From assembly GCA_030265395.1 (NCBI GenBank), contig JARFYF010000074.1, forward strand, positions 24,575,770-24,639,769: DNA of 64,000 nt, given 5' to 3'. The position numbers were made by a program, and so were the translations under genes. This stretch comes from Rhina ancylostomus (Eukaryota). Shown one piece after another: positions 39,612 through 52,561 of the stretch. Position 1 is the first letter of the stretch. Each line of letters begins with the position of its first letter. Below the pieces are notes generated by a model. That model did no database searches. It was not told where the DNA came from and saw only the letters and a program-made list of their open reading frames with translations.

Positions 39612-41255
39612 TTGAAGGAGCACAGAGAAAACTTACAAGGATGTTGCCAGGACCTGAGTTATATGGAAAGTTGAACAAAACATAGAACGTTGCAGCCCAG
39701 TACAGGCCCTTCAGCCCACAATGTTGTGCTGGCATTTTATCCTGCTCTAATATCTATCTAACCCTTCCCTCCCACATAGCCCTTCATTTCTCTATCATTC
39801 ATGTGCCTGTCTGAGAGTCTCTTAAATGTCCCTAATGTATCTGCCTCCACCACCTCTGCTGCCAGTGCGTTCCATGCACCCACCACTCTCCGTAAAAAAA
39901 AAACCTTACCTCTGACATCCCCCCTATACCTTCTCCAATCACGTTAAAATTATGACCCCTTATTTTAGCCATTGGGAAAAAGTCTCTGACTGTTCACTTG
40001 ATCTATACCTCTTATCTTGTACACCTCCATCAAGTCACCTCTCATCCTCTTCTCCAAAGAGAAAAGCCCCAGATCACTCAACCTATCCTCATAAGACATG
40101 CTCTCCAATCCAGGCAGCATCCTTTTCAATCTCCTCTGCACCGTCTTTAAAGCTTCCACATCCTATAATGAGGCAATCAGAACTGAACACAGTCTAACCA
40201 GAGTCTTATAGAGCTGCAACGTTAATTCACGGCTCTTGAGCTCAATACCACGACTAATGAAAGCCAACACACCATATGCCTTCTTAACAACCCTATAAAC
40301 CTGCATGGCAACTTTGAGGGATCTATGGACATGGACCCCAAGATCCCTCTGTTCCTCCACACTGCTAAGAGTCCTGTCAATTACCTTGTATTCTGCCTTC
40401 GAATTTGATCTCCTGAAGTGTATCACTTCACATTTATCTGGGTTGAACTCCATCTGCCACTTCTCAGCCCAGCTCTGCATTCTATCAATATCCTGTTGTA
40501 ATCTACAGCNNNNNNNNNNNNNNNNNNNNNNNNNNNNNNNNNNNNNNNNNNNNNNNNNNNNNNNNNNNNNNNNNNNNNNNNNNNNNNNNNNNNNNNNNNN
40601 NNNNNNNNNCTTGTGTTCTGCCTTCAAATTCAAAGTGTATCGCTTCACACTTTTCTGGGTTGAACTCCATCTGGCACTTCTTAGCCCAGCTCTGCATCCT
40701 ATCAATGTCTGTTGTAACCTTGAGCAACTTTCTACACCATCCACACCACCACCAACCTTGGTGTCATCTGCAAACTTACTAACCCACCCTTCCACATCCT
40801 CATCCAAGTCATTCATAAAAATCAAAGAGCAGGGGTCCCAGAACAGGTACGGATTTTATTCCCCGGAGCACAAGAGAATGAGAAGGTATCTTATTGGGGT
40901 ATACAAAATTATGAAGGGTATGGATAGGGTGAATGTATGCAGGCTTCTTCCCCTAAGGTTGGGCGAGACTAGAACTGGAGGACATAGGTTTAGGGTGAAA
41001 GTATATAAGGGGAATCTGAAGGGAAACTTCTCCACTCAGAGTGGTGCAAGTGTGGAATGAGCTGCCAGCAGAAGTGGTAGATGTGGGTTCAATTGTAATA
41101 TTTAAGAGCAGTTTAGTTAGGTACATGGATGGGAGGGGTTTGGACGGATATGGGGTCCGGGTGCAGATAGATGGGACTAGCCAGAAGATCAGGTCAGCAT
41201 GAACTAGATGGGCCAAAGGACCTGTTTCTGTGCTGTGGTGCTCTATGGCTCTATG
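39612..41255. mobile_element. Nested CR1 LINEs: a minus-strand copy (about 39678-40845) inside a plus-strand copy (39612-39677 and 40841-41255)
   Basis: ORF 40163..40825 has the RT motif SKFADDTK and WAEKWQMEFNPDKC. The plus-strand copy resumes collinearly after the insert, with GAACA at both junctions. Confidence 0.88.
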
Positions 41256-41469
41256 TTGCACCTGATGTAACAATATTATCATTCCTTTAAGATGATAGGA
41301 ATGAGTATAAGAATTGTTTTTACATAAATGTACGTTTGTTGAATTTATTCCAATGTCTTTAAGTGTTATTAACTTTTCTTAAGTGTGTTAGTTTATGTTT
41401 GATTTCACACACTGAAACATTTTTGATGGTGTGACTTTAAAAGTTTTTCAGTGTTAGTGACCAGAGTGG

Positions 41470-41770
41470 TGAAACTTAAATCCAGAGGCATTGCTTTAAG
41501 GTGAGGAGTATAATGATTAGAGGGGATCTAAGGAAATGTTTTGCACCCCAATGGGTGTTTGCAATCTGGATTGTGCTGCCTAAGAGAATGGCAGAGCTAG
41601 GCATTTTCACACATTTAAAAAGTATTTGCACAAGCATTTCAATTGACAGGGCAAAGAAGGGTACAAAGCAAATGCTAGTAAATAGGACTGTATAGATGGG
41701 CACTTGAAGTTCAGCATGGATATCGTGGGCTGAAGAGCCAGTTTTCTGTGCTGTATGACTCTATGATACT
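41470..41770 (+). mobile_element. CR1 3' end fragment
   Basis: RG..FKV / RGDLRK.F..Q.V..IW..LP-like translation plus tail GGGCTGAAG.GCC.GTTTTCTGTGCTGTATGACTCTATG. Confidence 0.8.
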
Positions 41771-44700
41771 AATAGCTTTTCCCAATAGCAAAACACTACA
41801 GAAAAATGAAAGCTGAAATAAGAACAGAAAATGCTTAATAGGCCAGGCATCATCTGTGGTGTAAAAAATGAAGCTGATGTTTCTGATTAATGACCTTCCA
41901 TAAGACCCAGGAAAAGTTAAAAATAAACCAAGTTTTAAATTGCAGAGAAAGGAATAGGGAAGGTCCGTGATGGGTAGAGACCAGGAGAGATCAAATTACA
42001 TGAGAGATTGTGGTGCTGGTTGAAAGACAGTGATGAAGGCAAGCGAATAACAAGGATTAGCTGGGAGAAGTGAAATTTGAACCTAACAGAAGAGGTAAGG
42101 GAACTTTTTAAAGATTTGTCAATTAGCTCTGCCAACTGTCAAAGTTTTATCAGCAGGGCTTGTTGTGCACAAGGCTCTGCTCATATACAAGATTTTACTA
42201 ACCAATAATCAGACTGGCACTTAGTAGCAAGTTGACAATGAGAATGCACTTACTGAGTAGGTCATGAAGCTTACTACTGGCTGGATATTCCGGGCTATTA
42301 CCTTTTATTCTTAGCTCTATTGAACATTATCAAGTAATACTTTAGACAGAAAAGCACACTCAACTGAATTATTAAGTATTATGTAAAAATCAAGCTGCAT
42401 TGTTGCTCATGAAGAAATGTAATAAATACTTGAATAACAAAGGCTGCTTAGATGTTACACCTGTAAAACAGGAGTAAGGTAAGTATTTCCTCCAGGGTGA
42501 AATCATTTTCACAATTGAAGAATGATTCATTTTTCAGTAAATACTTTTCAAGTTTGAAGATAATATTAAAGCATTTCCATTCTAATCACATGCTAAAAAT
42601 TAGCAAGAAATTAATTTATAGCATTGTGAAAGATTTTGATATTTTGTGCAAAAATATGTATATTTTCAGATATTATTTGTTAAGAGTGATACCCCATGGG
42701 AGATTCCCATGTAAAACATCAATTGTATTAATGCAGATAGATTTTGTTAATCACAGTATATTTACAGAAGTTTTGGAATTGGTCACTGGAAGTGTTTATA
42801 TTCTTTCCTAAATCAGATCAAGCAACGACTGTATGATGAAAGAGTTCAGCGACTTTGAACTTCAAGGGCCAGAATCTGGGCTTGAGATTCTCAGCAGCTT
42901 CTGCATATCATCTTGTCAATGTAATTGCTGTATTTGATTTCTGCCTGATCTTCCTCCTCTCTTCCCTAAATTAATCCTAGCTGATTCTCTGCTGCATCAG
43001 ATGCTAATGCACCCACCATGCCTGGACTTCCTGACTTGCGTTGGCTTTAAGTCTGCACATGCTTCAGTATTAAGGTTCAATATTTGTTTTGAAGGCCTTC
43101 TGTGGCCTTTCCCCTGATACTATCAACACATGTGAGAATGAACTATTACTCAGCACATTGAATGCTACTGGATACTAGTGGATCTTCAGCAGCTGACCCA
43201 TGCTTTCGACCAGGATATGGCGCAGGGAATGAGAACAATAAAATATTTTGTCAATATTGTGATAGATGAAAATAAACTGAAGTTCTTAAGTTAGAACAGT
43301 AAAGATATAGACAAAAGATATGTAAGCTACCAAATTAAAAACATATACATTTATATGGAGATTCAAGTGCACCCAGATTAAGTATTGTACAGTCATGTAC
43401 AAAATTCCAACAATCACCATGGAAATAGTTACCACATGTACTGACGATGCAAATGCATTGAAAAAGCCTTTACAAGGTTTTCACACGTTAGAACCAGAGC
43501 AATTATATCCTTGGTTTGCCTTAAACCCAATTTTAGGAGAGCAGCCCTTTGCTGAATCTGTATAACATTTTTGTTTCCTTCATTAACCAGCTCTGTGATT
43601 GAACTTTGAACTTTTCAATTTAATGGAATTTCAGCCAAATTTTGGGTGGTCAGTGTTGTATATATTCACTGGGAACTGGATTGAATCATGCCCAAACTCT
43701 TTTTATTATGAGTCTTAAAATATATAGATAGTTTTGGATGGAAATAAAACTCTTGTCCAGAATGGATCAGAAGTCAGAGCAAAAAGTACTGCATGTTAAT
43801 TCCACACCTCTCGTTCTAGCTCTGGGTGGTATCTTATTTGCATCTTGTATTGAGTTATGATAACGTGACCCTTGCTTTATCAAGTAGCTTTATCAACTAC
43901 TATGGCTTGTTATATCTGGTGATTTTCCAACTCGGTGCACATTGAGATTGTGCCAATCATAATGTTAATTAAACTGACACAACTATATTTGGTATTAGGT
44001 AGCCAATGGACCTACTTAGTCATCCACTTGCCCTGTTTCATGACTTCAGAGTGTGCGGTAGGAATGGGGATTGAACATGCAACATCTTTAAGCTATGACA
44101 GTCTTTCCTGAACTCTGTTTAATCTTAAATAGGTACCTTATTTCAATTCTGTCAGTGCTATAGTATTTATATATGGTAAAAACACAAGGAAGATAAAGAA
44201 AGAAAAGTCATAAGTCACATTGAACTAAATTGAGTTGAAGAACCAAAACCTTAAAACTCTTGTAAATGCTATAAAATGTACACACTCAGGGTGGTGCCTC
44301 TCAGACTGAATTTGTATTGCACTCCTTGGGAACTCCAAATGATTTAAGATAGCCTGTTGGGGATCTCACACCTTAGGGCTTCAGGAGATTTGGCAGTCTT
44401 CTTCTAACCACTGACTAAGGCTACTTTTATATTACTATTTTTCACTGATGCCCACCCAAGATCATATTGTATCAAAGTGACAATCAAAATGTACATGAAA
44501 TAAGGTAGCTATTTACCCCCTTTCCACGTTTTATGCTTTTGATTATTACCTGTTGGTAATCTTGTATAGAGGTTACTTAAAATTGCTTATAAGTTTTTAC
44601 TCTTCAAGTTTTGAATAAGAAATCCCTCCAGAGTTCTTACTCATTATCAGAGTAAAAAAATTAGGGTTAGCTCATATTAATGGTGCTCTATTGCAGATGC

Positions 44701-47319
44701 CGGCTTCTAGACTGTTTAAAACCATCAGTTTCAAAGATTTAAGTCTTGTTAGCAAGGGTGACTGAAAGATATCAATAAGCACACTGATATCTTTCTTTAG
44801 CTGAAAATAAAGAAGGGGGATTATGTGTGTCAATGGCATTGGAGAAGATCCTGCAACTGGCAGTGTGAAGGAGATAAATTAATGCACAGATGCAAAATGA
44901 TGTCATAACTGAAGAACTCTTGAGTTAACAAATGAACAGTATCTCCTGATAATCATTCAGCTATCTTACACTGCTAAGCCCAGTAACTCCTCCCATCCTT
45001 TTCTCCCTTCCATCTTAAGTGAAGTTATTAAAACAAGTTGACAACCTGAAAAACAAAATGGATGTTGTATCTTTGAAAGAGGAACTGATGACATAACTCG
45101 TTCTCAGGATGACTAGGTTGACTAGGAGACAGTATTGCTTTCCCAATTTCATCAGAAACTTTAATGACAGACCGGTTTCACATAAACTCTGCTGCACAAG
45201 ATTGGAAGTCAACTGTTGCCGGTTGCATCTAAGAAGTTACAATGCATAAACATCTTTAACAGTAAAGGAAAAGACTAAGGGAGCACAACGCTGGAAGGCA
45301 CCATCTGTTGAATTGGGTAATCTTTTTCTGAGCACTTTTATCACTATATTTGTTCATTTAATTTTCATTGGAAGTGCTGAATGCAAGTGAAAATGAACTA
45401 AAATATGAATCTGCACAAATGCTATTTTGGTGTATAACACTTAATCTTATGTTCCAAATTGAAAGTTTTCTTACAATGTCTGAAATCATCTTGTTTTTGA
45501 AATAAAGTGCAGTTGAATGAAAAGAAGCAGAACTCTGATACAGCATAGAAAAGATATCTGTCATTTATGGCTAATGTATGAAAGACATGCACAGGAGGAA
45601 TACATATGCATCTGCAAATATTATGAATGTATTTTACAGCTGCTAGGGAAATATTAAACTAGCTTTTTTAATGTTTATATCATTCTAGCTTAACACTGAT
45701 TAGACAGTTTCAGTCAATTGAGCATGACAGGCATTTTAATTGAGATGTAAATTGTACTGAGAAATTTAATTTTGCTTATTGAAATTTTATTGAAATTCCT
45801 TGTTTATGAGTTGGAAGCTATATTCCTCCAGATATTTGGTTTGGCTTGGTTTCTTTGATCCTCAAGCACTTTTACATCTGTTACCATTATGACAAGTGCA
45901 TGGTGAAGGTGATTACCATTGAACCCAAGAATGCAATTTATTGTCTGAAAACTTTAGAACACATAAGACATCAGAGGCCACATATATGAAGTAAACTACA
46001 TTACTTGGCATAACTGTAATAATTGAAAACAAGACTGGATTCTCTCTTTTTAAAATGCAATTGCTGTATCAATCTTACATCTACTTCTCTTTTCAAGCTG
46101 ATGTTTATGGTTGTCTACATCCTTCATTGTACAGAGGCAGATATGTGTAACCTCAGTCATTCTGTACACTACCATAACCAGAGAAACTATTAATTATTTG
46201 TATTATTCAAATCAGAATGGTCATCTAATTTTTTAAAAAGTAATTAATAACATGGATAGGTCTGAGTAGCAGTAAAATACTATTGCCAGAATCCAATCTC
46301 AGGATTTATTCAGGAATGATTATTGATAAATTACAATTCGATTCGTACATGCGATTTGATATCTGATTTGGTCTTTATACTTCGATCGGCAGGGATTATA
46401 GTGTCTCGTCAGATGTAAAGTTAATTTTTATTCTATGAAGATGGCAGTTAATCATCCACTCTCATATGTGATATCCGAAATCTTCATTTCATATCGAAAA
46501 CATATAAGAAGCTTAAATAAATTATGTTCACCTTTCAAGGTAACTTTCGAAATGGCACAAGCAGAAGAGGAACTAACGACTGATCTCCCGAATCTCCTGT
46601 GTGAACTTTCCACTCCCAAATAAAATTGGGATAACTTGTCTGCCTGTTTGTGGGTCTGACTTAAAATGTTCTAAAGAAGTACTCGGCGCAAACAGCGAAG
46701 GAATACATCGGGAACTTGAACAAAATAAGATCAACAAATAACACTGATTACAAAAAATAACAAGTAAACCTGAAGTCAATTAACTATCGCCGTGAATCCG
46801 AAAGACAAGCTGCAAGCAAACCCCTTTTTGGACTCTTGTAAAGAAATCGATTCACCTCACTTTATTCCCGAATACTATTTCACGTTTTCCCTTTAAAATG
46901 AAGGTCAGTCAATATTCTATATAATATCTTCTCTAAAACAACACGAGAAAGAACCACCTCCCGACGCATAAGCGCCCCAGAGACACAGTTTTCCTTACCT
47001 GAATTTGCCTAAAAGGCCCGATTTTTCCAGTGATGTTTCGGATTCGACCGGAATTTGGATCTCTGCTAAAACAATAAAAATGGTCAGGATTTGGTTCAAA
47101 CATAAATGTGCAATACCATGAAATATTCTGTAGCATCAACTCGTGTTTCCAGTCAGCTCATTTCGCAGGTAGAAATCAACTAAGTTGCTGTGCGATTTTA
47201 AAAATCAAAGGTTCGATTTTAGCATTTATTCGGTAAATTCTTCTTGTATGTCATGGCTGCAGACATTTATATATCAAATAATATATTTGAACTAGGAGGA
47301 GATATATGCAGGGACGTTA

Positions 47320-47340
47320 TGTGTGTGTGTGTGTGTGTGT
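47320..47340. repeat. (TG)10 microsatellite
   Basis: Directly visible. Confidence 0.95.
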
Positions 47341-50300
47341 AGCAAACGATTTTGGGTGGAAGTAAATCTCTTTTAGTTTAGAGAAGTAAAATAAGGTTTT
47401 CATAGAACTGCCCACTATCAGGAAAATAATCTGCGGGTATTTAGTCGGATTCTCAACTTCAGTCACTGAATATTGCCCATGGGTCCTATTTTTTTATTCC
47501 TTTCATCGCGATTTCGCAAATGTATTTTCGTTTCCTGAATTTTCTCCGCTCAAAAGGTTACAAGCTCTTTTCTCTCCCGAGATGAAAGTTCTAGGCAACA
47601 AACACTTAAAACGGAATCATAACTGTTCCNNNNNNNNAATTAAGATTGATGGTTGAACAACCGAGCAGTCAACTCGTTAGATTCGTATGTTGTTGCCCCC
47701 TGAGTTCCCATGTAAGGAGGAGAGTTCGAACAATAAGGAAATGGCAGCAATAATCCAAACGAATTTTACTATAACAAACCATTTTCTTCAGCCGGTTACA
47801 TATATTAATTGGTTGCACAGATCCCAGTTTGCGTCGCTCATGTTCCAAGCAGAAACGGCAGGGAAGCACCAATACGTTTCATCTGCTTTGGTGACACCAC
47901 ACGAGGGAGGCAACAATTCATCCACCCTGTCATTAACTCCAAATACAGATCGATCTAAACCAAACTCCCTGCAAAAACCTGGCCGTCAGATTTCGATACT
48001 TTTCTGATAACCAATCATTTTCACACCCTTTTCGTTCCAAAAGCGGTGTCGAGAAACGATATCCGAATGCTGACAGACACCACCAGATCATTTTCAACTA
48101 TCATTGCATTGTATATTACGATGCAGTACACACACATTTTTGAGAAAATGTTCCATGAAGACTTGTATTACATGAGCATATGTCCAACATTTGACACCAA
48201 AGAACCTTTGTAATGAGTTCGATCGTTTAAAAGTGTACTAAGGACTCCCCTCATTTTGCAAAATCTAAAAAAATAAAGTTATGCGTTCAGTGACTACATT
48301 CGTTAATTTGCAAACAAAATTGACAATGATACTGAAGTTTCTGAAATTGTATCTAATCGAAATATGCTCAATTCTGTCCAAGTATTTTAAAATTTCAATT
48401 CTTAAATGCTCTTAATCAGATTTAAATAATACACCTATTGTAACTGTCCGTTGCGTTATCGCTTAAAATAATACTTTGTGCAGTAATTTTTTGCCTTGTC
48501 CGGTAAAAATGCAGTCCTTTAAACACAATATCCGAGCCTGTACTTGCGCGCCTTGCTTCCGGTGCTTCACCAGCGCTGTGCATTTTACACAAACTCTAAT
48601 TAAATTGCATCGTCGTTTATTGCTGGATTTTAAGAATGCGTGCCTTCAATGTATAAAATTACATTGTTATTTTAAAATACTGTAAAAATAAAACAATTTT
48701 ATGAAAGTTGTCACTTGTAATTCGTTGTAGGTTTAAATTTATACGTCCTCGGAATACTTTATACTCTTCCTAAACAATTAATCAAACAGAGTATTTTAGA
48801 AAGTGCTGTGACCAGCTTCCCTTTAATCGGAGGCACAAAATGAAGAATAATAAGACCTTTACTCCTTTAAACAAAAGATTTAAATTACCTGTAATAGTTG
48901 GATTAATGGTGTAAAAATATAAATAGTCATTTATTAAAGCCAAAGGTAATAAATGAGTCCTTCTGGCAACACGCTAATTAGAAATAAGAACCCGTTAATT
49001 GTATATTACGTATTTCAGAAGGCAAATTTTGAATTACTTTATGAGGAATATCGTCCATTATCACTAACTTTTCTATTTAAGAGTTGGGACCTGGCAAATT
49101 ACAGATTCACAATGTTTTAAGAGCGTTGCTGTACAACGTAGCAACGCATGTCTTACGTAGATAAATTATGCTTTCTATTAAACATATTGAAATTGAAATA
49201 ACGATTTTCCTATGTCAATGCTATGGCACCCGATTTCAGCGAAACAGAGAATAACCGAACGCGCATTTTAGCGTAAATGTGCAAAATACGTGTATCAACG
49301 AGAAATCAATTAGAAAGCTTTTCTCTGAACGGCCGATTCGCACATCCACCCGGGCTGCATTAATAGAGAATTTTGTAACCAGATAAAGTTCCCTTTATCT
49401 CAATACCGACGAATTGTTTTGGTTAGTTTCAGAAATAATTAGGACCTGCCTCCTGTTTTGTTAGAACCAACTCCTGGAGCACTCTAGGACGCGACTGACC
49501 TTAATTTCAGTCGCCTAAAAATAACCTGTTCTTAGATCTGTCTCGGGTTATAATGACTTTCTTTTTTTTTGTTTTTCTGCGCGAATCTCTCATTGCTTCC
49601 AATCTGTTTTAATCATCTGTATTGACATTCTGCATTTTATTTCAAGCATGTTATTTTATCTTGTTTGCTTTTCTTACTTATCAATGTGACCACATGGCGA
49701 ACCACGCCAAGCGTCACAGGTTGAGCCGAGGTATGCACTGAATATCCATAATCTGAGAATGTGGAATGCTGATTCTTGGGGAAATCTAGCTATCTCTTAC
49801 AGAATGATTTCAGCTCTACTGATCTGATTTTATCTTGGTCAGGTTTGATCCCGAGATATACGACTTTGTCTGCAACAAATAACGCACAACAGGAAGTAAC
49901 TAAGTTTAACTCTTTAAAAAAGTCGATGAAACGACGCAAGAAATGATTTACTCTCCTTATTTGCCTATCAGAGTCGTGTTTGCTTCTCTATGATGTTAAC
50001 CCTCTGGAATAGTGTTTGAGAACTTTTTGTCTGTGGCAGCGCAGACAAACCAGCGAGTTTCTGTGTGATTTGTACACGGAACGAAATGAGCCGGAGTCTC
50101 ACAGGACAGCAATAATCAGGTTAGCTGCAGAGCCACAGCGAAGAAACTAATCTCTTCCTAATAACTATTTCAATTGACAGCAAACAACATACTTCTGCGA
50201 AGAACAACATCTTAAGAAACCATAAAGCGACGGAAGAGAGTAACAGCCAGTGAATGGATCTGAGCTCGNNNNNNNNNNNNNNNNNNNNNCCCAAACACTG

Positions 50301-52184
50301 GACATTGAAATACAAGGTTCTGTATGACATTATTTTGAAATATGTTTCTTCCCCCATGCAGTGATAACGCAATGATTCACCTTAAATCAAAGAAATTGCA
50401 ACACCAGTACAAACGCACATGGTTCATATCCTCGCTTACGTGATCAGGAATAAGCTCTGGACTCACCATTCATCTGAGGCTGTTGAAGCGTTGGTATCCT
50501 TGAAGAGCACTGTTCCACATTAGTTACAATAACATCAAAAAACATAACCGTTGTTATTGCACCAGGTTGGGTTTAGTGCTGAATCGGGATTCAATCGGAG
50601 GTTCTTTCGGCTGCTGTGGGTCGGCAGCCGTCTCCCTGTCTGACATATGACGTCAGCCCTCCCCACCCATAGGACATGGTTCGGTTCCCAGTTAGCACAG
50701 GTTTTGCAAGAAAACTGGATGCCATTTTTTTGGTAAGGGGCAGGATTGCTCGGTTATAACCGAGTGAGTATCAGTACAATTCAGACGTTTGGTATACACT
50801 TCTTCAGAGCCGACCATCATCCGTGGGTTGGATACAAACTAGGTTTAATGAAAATTTCCACACTCCTCCCATATCCTTCATGAGAACTATTGCAGTGATA
50901 TCCTTAACTATTTTAGTCCTGTGGAAGTCACGAACGTCTTTCATCTGTTTTTGTTCGCCTTGTTTAAACCTAAATCGAAATGTTACCTTGATAACATGTT
51001 ATAAAACTTACGGATAAGGCAGCTTCTTGAAAAGGTCAAACCTATTTTTATTGCCTGTGTTCATATGTGTCCAGATGATGCACTTCGGTGCAGTCTCAGT
51101 CACTGCATGGTAAGTTTGAAGAACATTTTACTTTATACTGTTTCAGGAAGGGAACGCTCCCTTCACGCATTTCAGCTACGTGCCTCTCCTAGATCAGTCC
51201 CACACAACCTGAAGGCACTGGAAACTTTTTTTGCCCTTATGGATTCTATTGAGTCGTAGAGAGGTAAAAGGTAGCCAGCGAGATGACCTTTCTCTTCCAC
51301 CCGAGATAAAGCAATGCCACTGGAATGAGGATTCAGTGGTATTGCTTTATCTCGGGTGGAAGCGAAAGGGACGAATTGTAAATGCAAACTTCATCCCCCA
51401 AGTCCTGGGACGTATTTGTTTTTGGTTCTGCAGTGATTCACTGTCGGTCTTCTTGAAGAACATTGTTGTGATTGATATATGATAAAGGCTGAACTGAGAA
51501 ATATTTATATGACAAACACAAACTGCAACCACGATGTTATTGCTTTAGACTTCTACATATTTGCTGAATGCATATGGTTAATAATAAACCATATTTCATA
51601 AATTTATCTCATTGACCCTTGAACAGGTTTCGCATGTGTTCAACTGGCACTTCTGGGCAGACAGTTTTAACTTGCCACAGTGACTGCATAACTCCAGCAT
51701 CAGATACTAATTCCATTGTAAACATTTAGGAGCCAAGTAGTAGGAGGTTCCAGCAGCACGGTTTGAGCTCAGTGCTGTATGAAGTAAAATTCCAGTGCTG
51801 TGTCCAGTATGTTTAAAATCTCCCCAGTTATTTCCCCGAACCTTCTGTATTCTTACAGAACTTAACGTTCCTTTTTGTGAAGTTAACATTTCTGCTTAGG
51901 CTCTCAGCAAAAACGCATGAACAGAGAGCGGAGCTTTGTGCACATTTGAAAAATTACACAGAGCTTCTTCACACTCTCCAGATGGTCGGAGGGTAATTTT
52001 TCACACGCTGCGAAACTTATACTGCCGGCTGAACTTTATACGTACAAATATCCTCAAAAGGAAATTGCAAATTAACCATTGCTTTGTCGGTGTTTCAATT
52101 AATTATAGCACATTATTTAATTTCTACTACATATGTAAACGTATGAAAATAGATAATATATGTGATGTTTAGAATTAGGTAGCT

Positions 52185-52480
52185 GTCAGCTTTGGCTCAT
52201 TCTCCTCTTTGAATAAGAAACAAAAGCTCATAATCCAGGCTACCATTTAAGTATAGTACATTGAGAAGAGGTGTTACTTTTCAAATAAGACATTAGGGCC
52301 AGGTATTATCTGCTTTGTTAGGAGAATGAAAAAGGTTCAAAGAAAAGTAGGATAGATTTCTTGGTATGGCCAAACTTTGAAGTAAGAATACCATGCAAGA
52401 TTTTTTGCCCCTGATGAGAATTTGATTGCAACATTGCAATAATGATTCTACCTCAGAAGTATTTCACTGGTTTAAAGGAA
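52185..52480 (+). mobile_element. Decayed Deu-domain SINE
   Basis: CTTTGGCTCA head; ATAATCCAGGCT; CTTTTCAAATAAGACATT; similar to 16935-17190. Confidence 0.5.
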
Positions 52481-52561
52481 TTGATGACCCTTCAAATAAT
52501 GAAGATCACTTCATGAATGAAAACCTTTCCTTACTGTTTTCCATTAACAATGAAGGAATTA

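Noticed and set aside
40386-40725. About 120-bp duplicated CR1 segment on both sides of the N gap
   Set aside because: Flanks a 100-N gap within a high-copy repeat; most likely an assembly artefact.
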